From Takakia lepidozioides (Eukaryota > Plantae > Bryophyta): a DNA stretch of 64,000 nt. A model generated the notes under the pieces. It was not told the origin of the DNA. It saw only the letters and a program-made list of their open reading frames with translations, and did no database searches. This document shows positions 63,555-64,000 of this stretch, piece after piece. The stretch covers positions 28,334,001 through 28,398,000 of the forward strand of contig CM060732.1 of the NCBI GenBank assembly GCA_030704615.1, read 5' to 3'. How positions within the stretch are numbered: the stretch's first letter is position 1; each line of letters opens with the position of its first letter. The translations under genes and the position numbers were made by a program.

Positions 63555-63817
63555 ATGGCGTCAGACAGCACGTCCAGCAATCCTGAAAGTTTTGAAGAGT
63601 TAACCCTGGCAGTGAAGTGGGTGGGGAAAGAGTATACAGTGCGCGTCTGTGCTGTTGATACCGTGGGGGAATTGAAGCGTCGGATCTGTGAAGTTACCAA
63701 TGTTTTGCCCAAACGCCAGAAGTTGCTGAACGTCAAGGCTGGGGCCAAGCCTGCAGACGATTCAATGCTTTTGTCTCAGTTGGCCCTCAAACCCGCCATC
63801 AAGATCATGATGATGGG
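63555..63817 (+). CDS. Exon 1 of ubiquitin-like domain-containing CTD phosphatase (UBLCP1-like); continues beyond window
   Basis: LTLAVKWVGKEYTVRVCAVDTVGELKRRICEVTNVLPKRQKLL...KIMMMG followed by a GT donor. Confidence 0.85.
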
Positions 63818-64000
63818 GTATGTTCACAATTGCATTTCTTTCTGCAAAGGCAATTTTCCGAGCTTCCATTTCAGATTTCAAATTTTGTAGATATAGGTCT
63901 TGGGTTTCTGCATAAGAGTCGAGAGCCAGCTCACTTTTGCTATCTCTGGATCAGCTTGGTCAATTGGGAATCAAGGAAGATAATGTGTGTTCTTTGAAAA

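Overview
Eukaryotic nuclear DNA from a land plant, probably non-seed (inferred from GT-AG introns and moss/hornwort-style PLS-DYW PPR sequences). The first 14.3 kb holds two nested Mutator-like (MULE) DNA transposons. A structurally complete 10.5-kb element (1370-11893; 9-bp TSD TGACAATTG; imperfect CA...TG TIRs) is inserted in opposite orientation into the transposase gene of a relative whose right end lies at 14329. The complete element carries a GCM-like/DDE/SWIM transposase. It also carries a divergently transcribed, spliced accessory gene with a ParB/Srx-like domain (DGNHR) and a beta-class N6A/N4C DNA-methyltransferase-like domain. The introns of that accessory gene hold an array of about 24-bp palindromes. 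This ParB + MTase + palindrome-array transposon is the best candidate here for an undescribed system, although both genes in this copy are frameshifted. Next come a piggyBac relic and a TTAA-flanked MITE, then the host genes MIS12 (+), mitochondrial SHMT (-), SPO11-1 (-), an RBL12/PARL-like rhomboid (+) and RPS11 (-). After these are hAT MITEs, about 10 kb of scrambled PPR-DYW pseudogene fragments, a decayed phage-type SSB-like ORF and LINE debris. The window ends with coatomer epsilon (carrying an in-frame stop) and exon 1 of a UBLCP1-like gene. All domain calls come from motif recognition by eye, not database searches.
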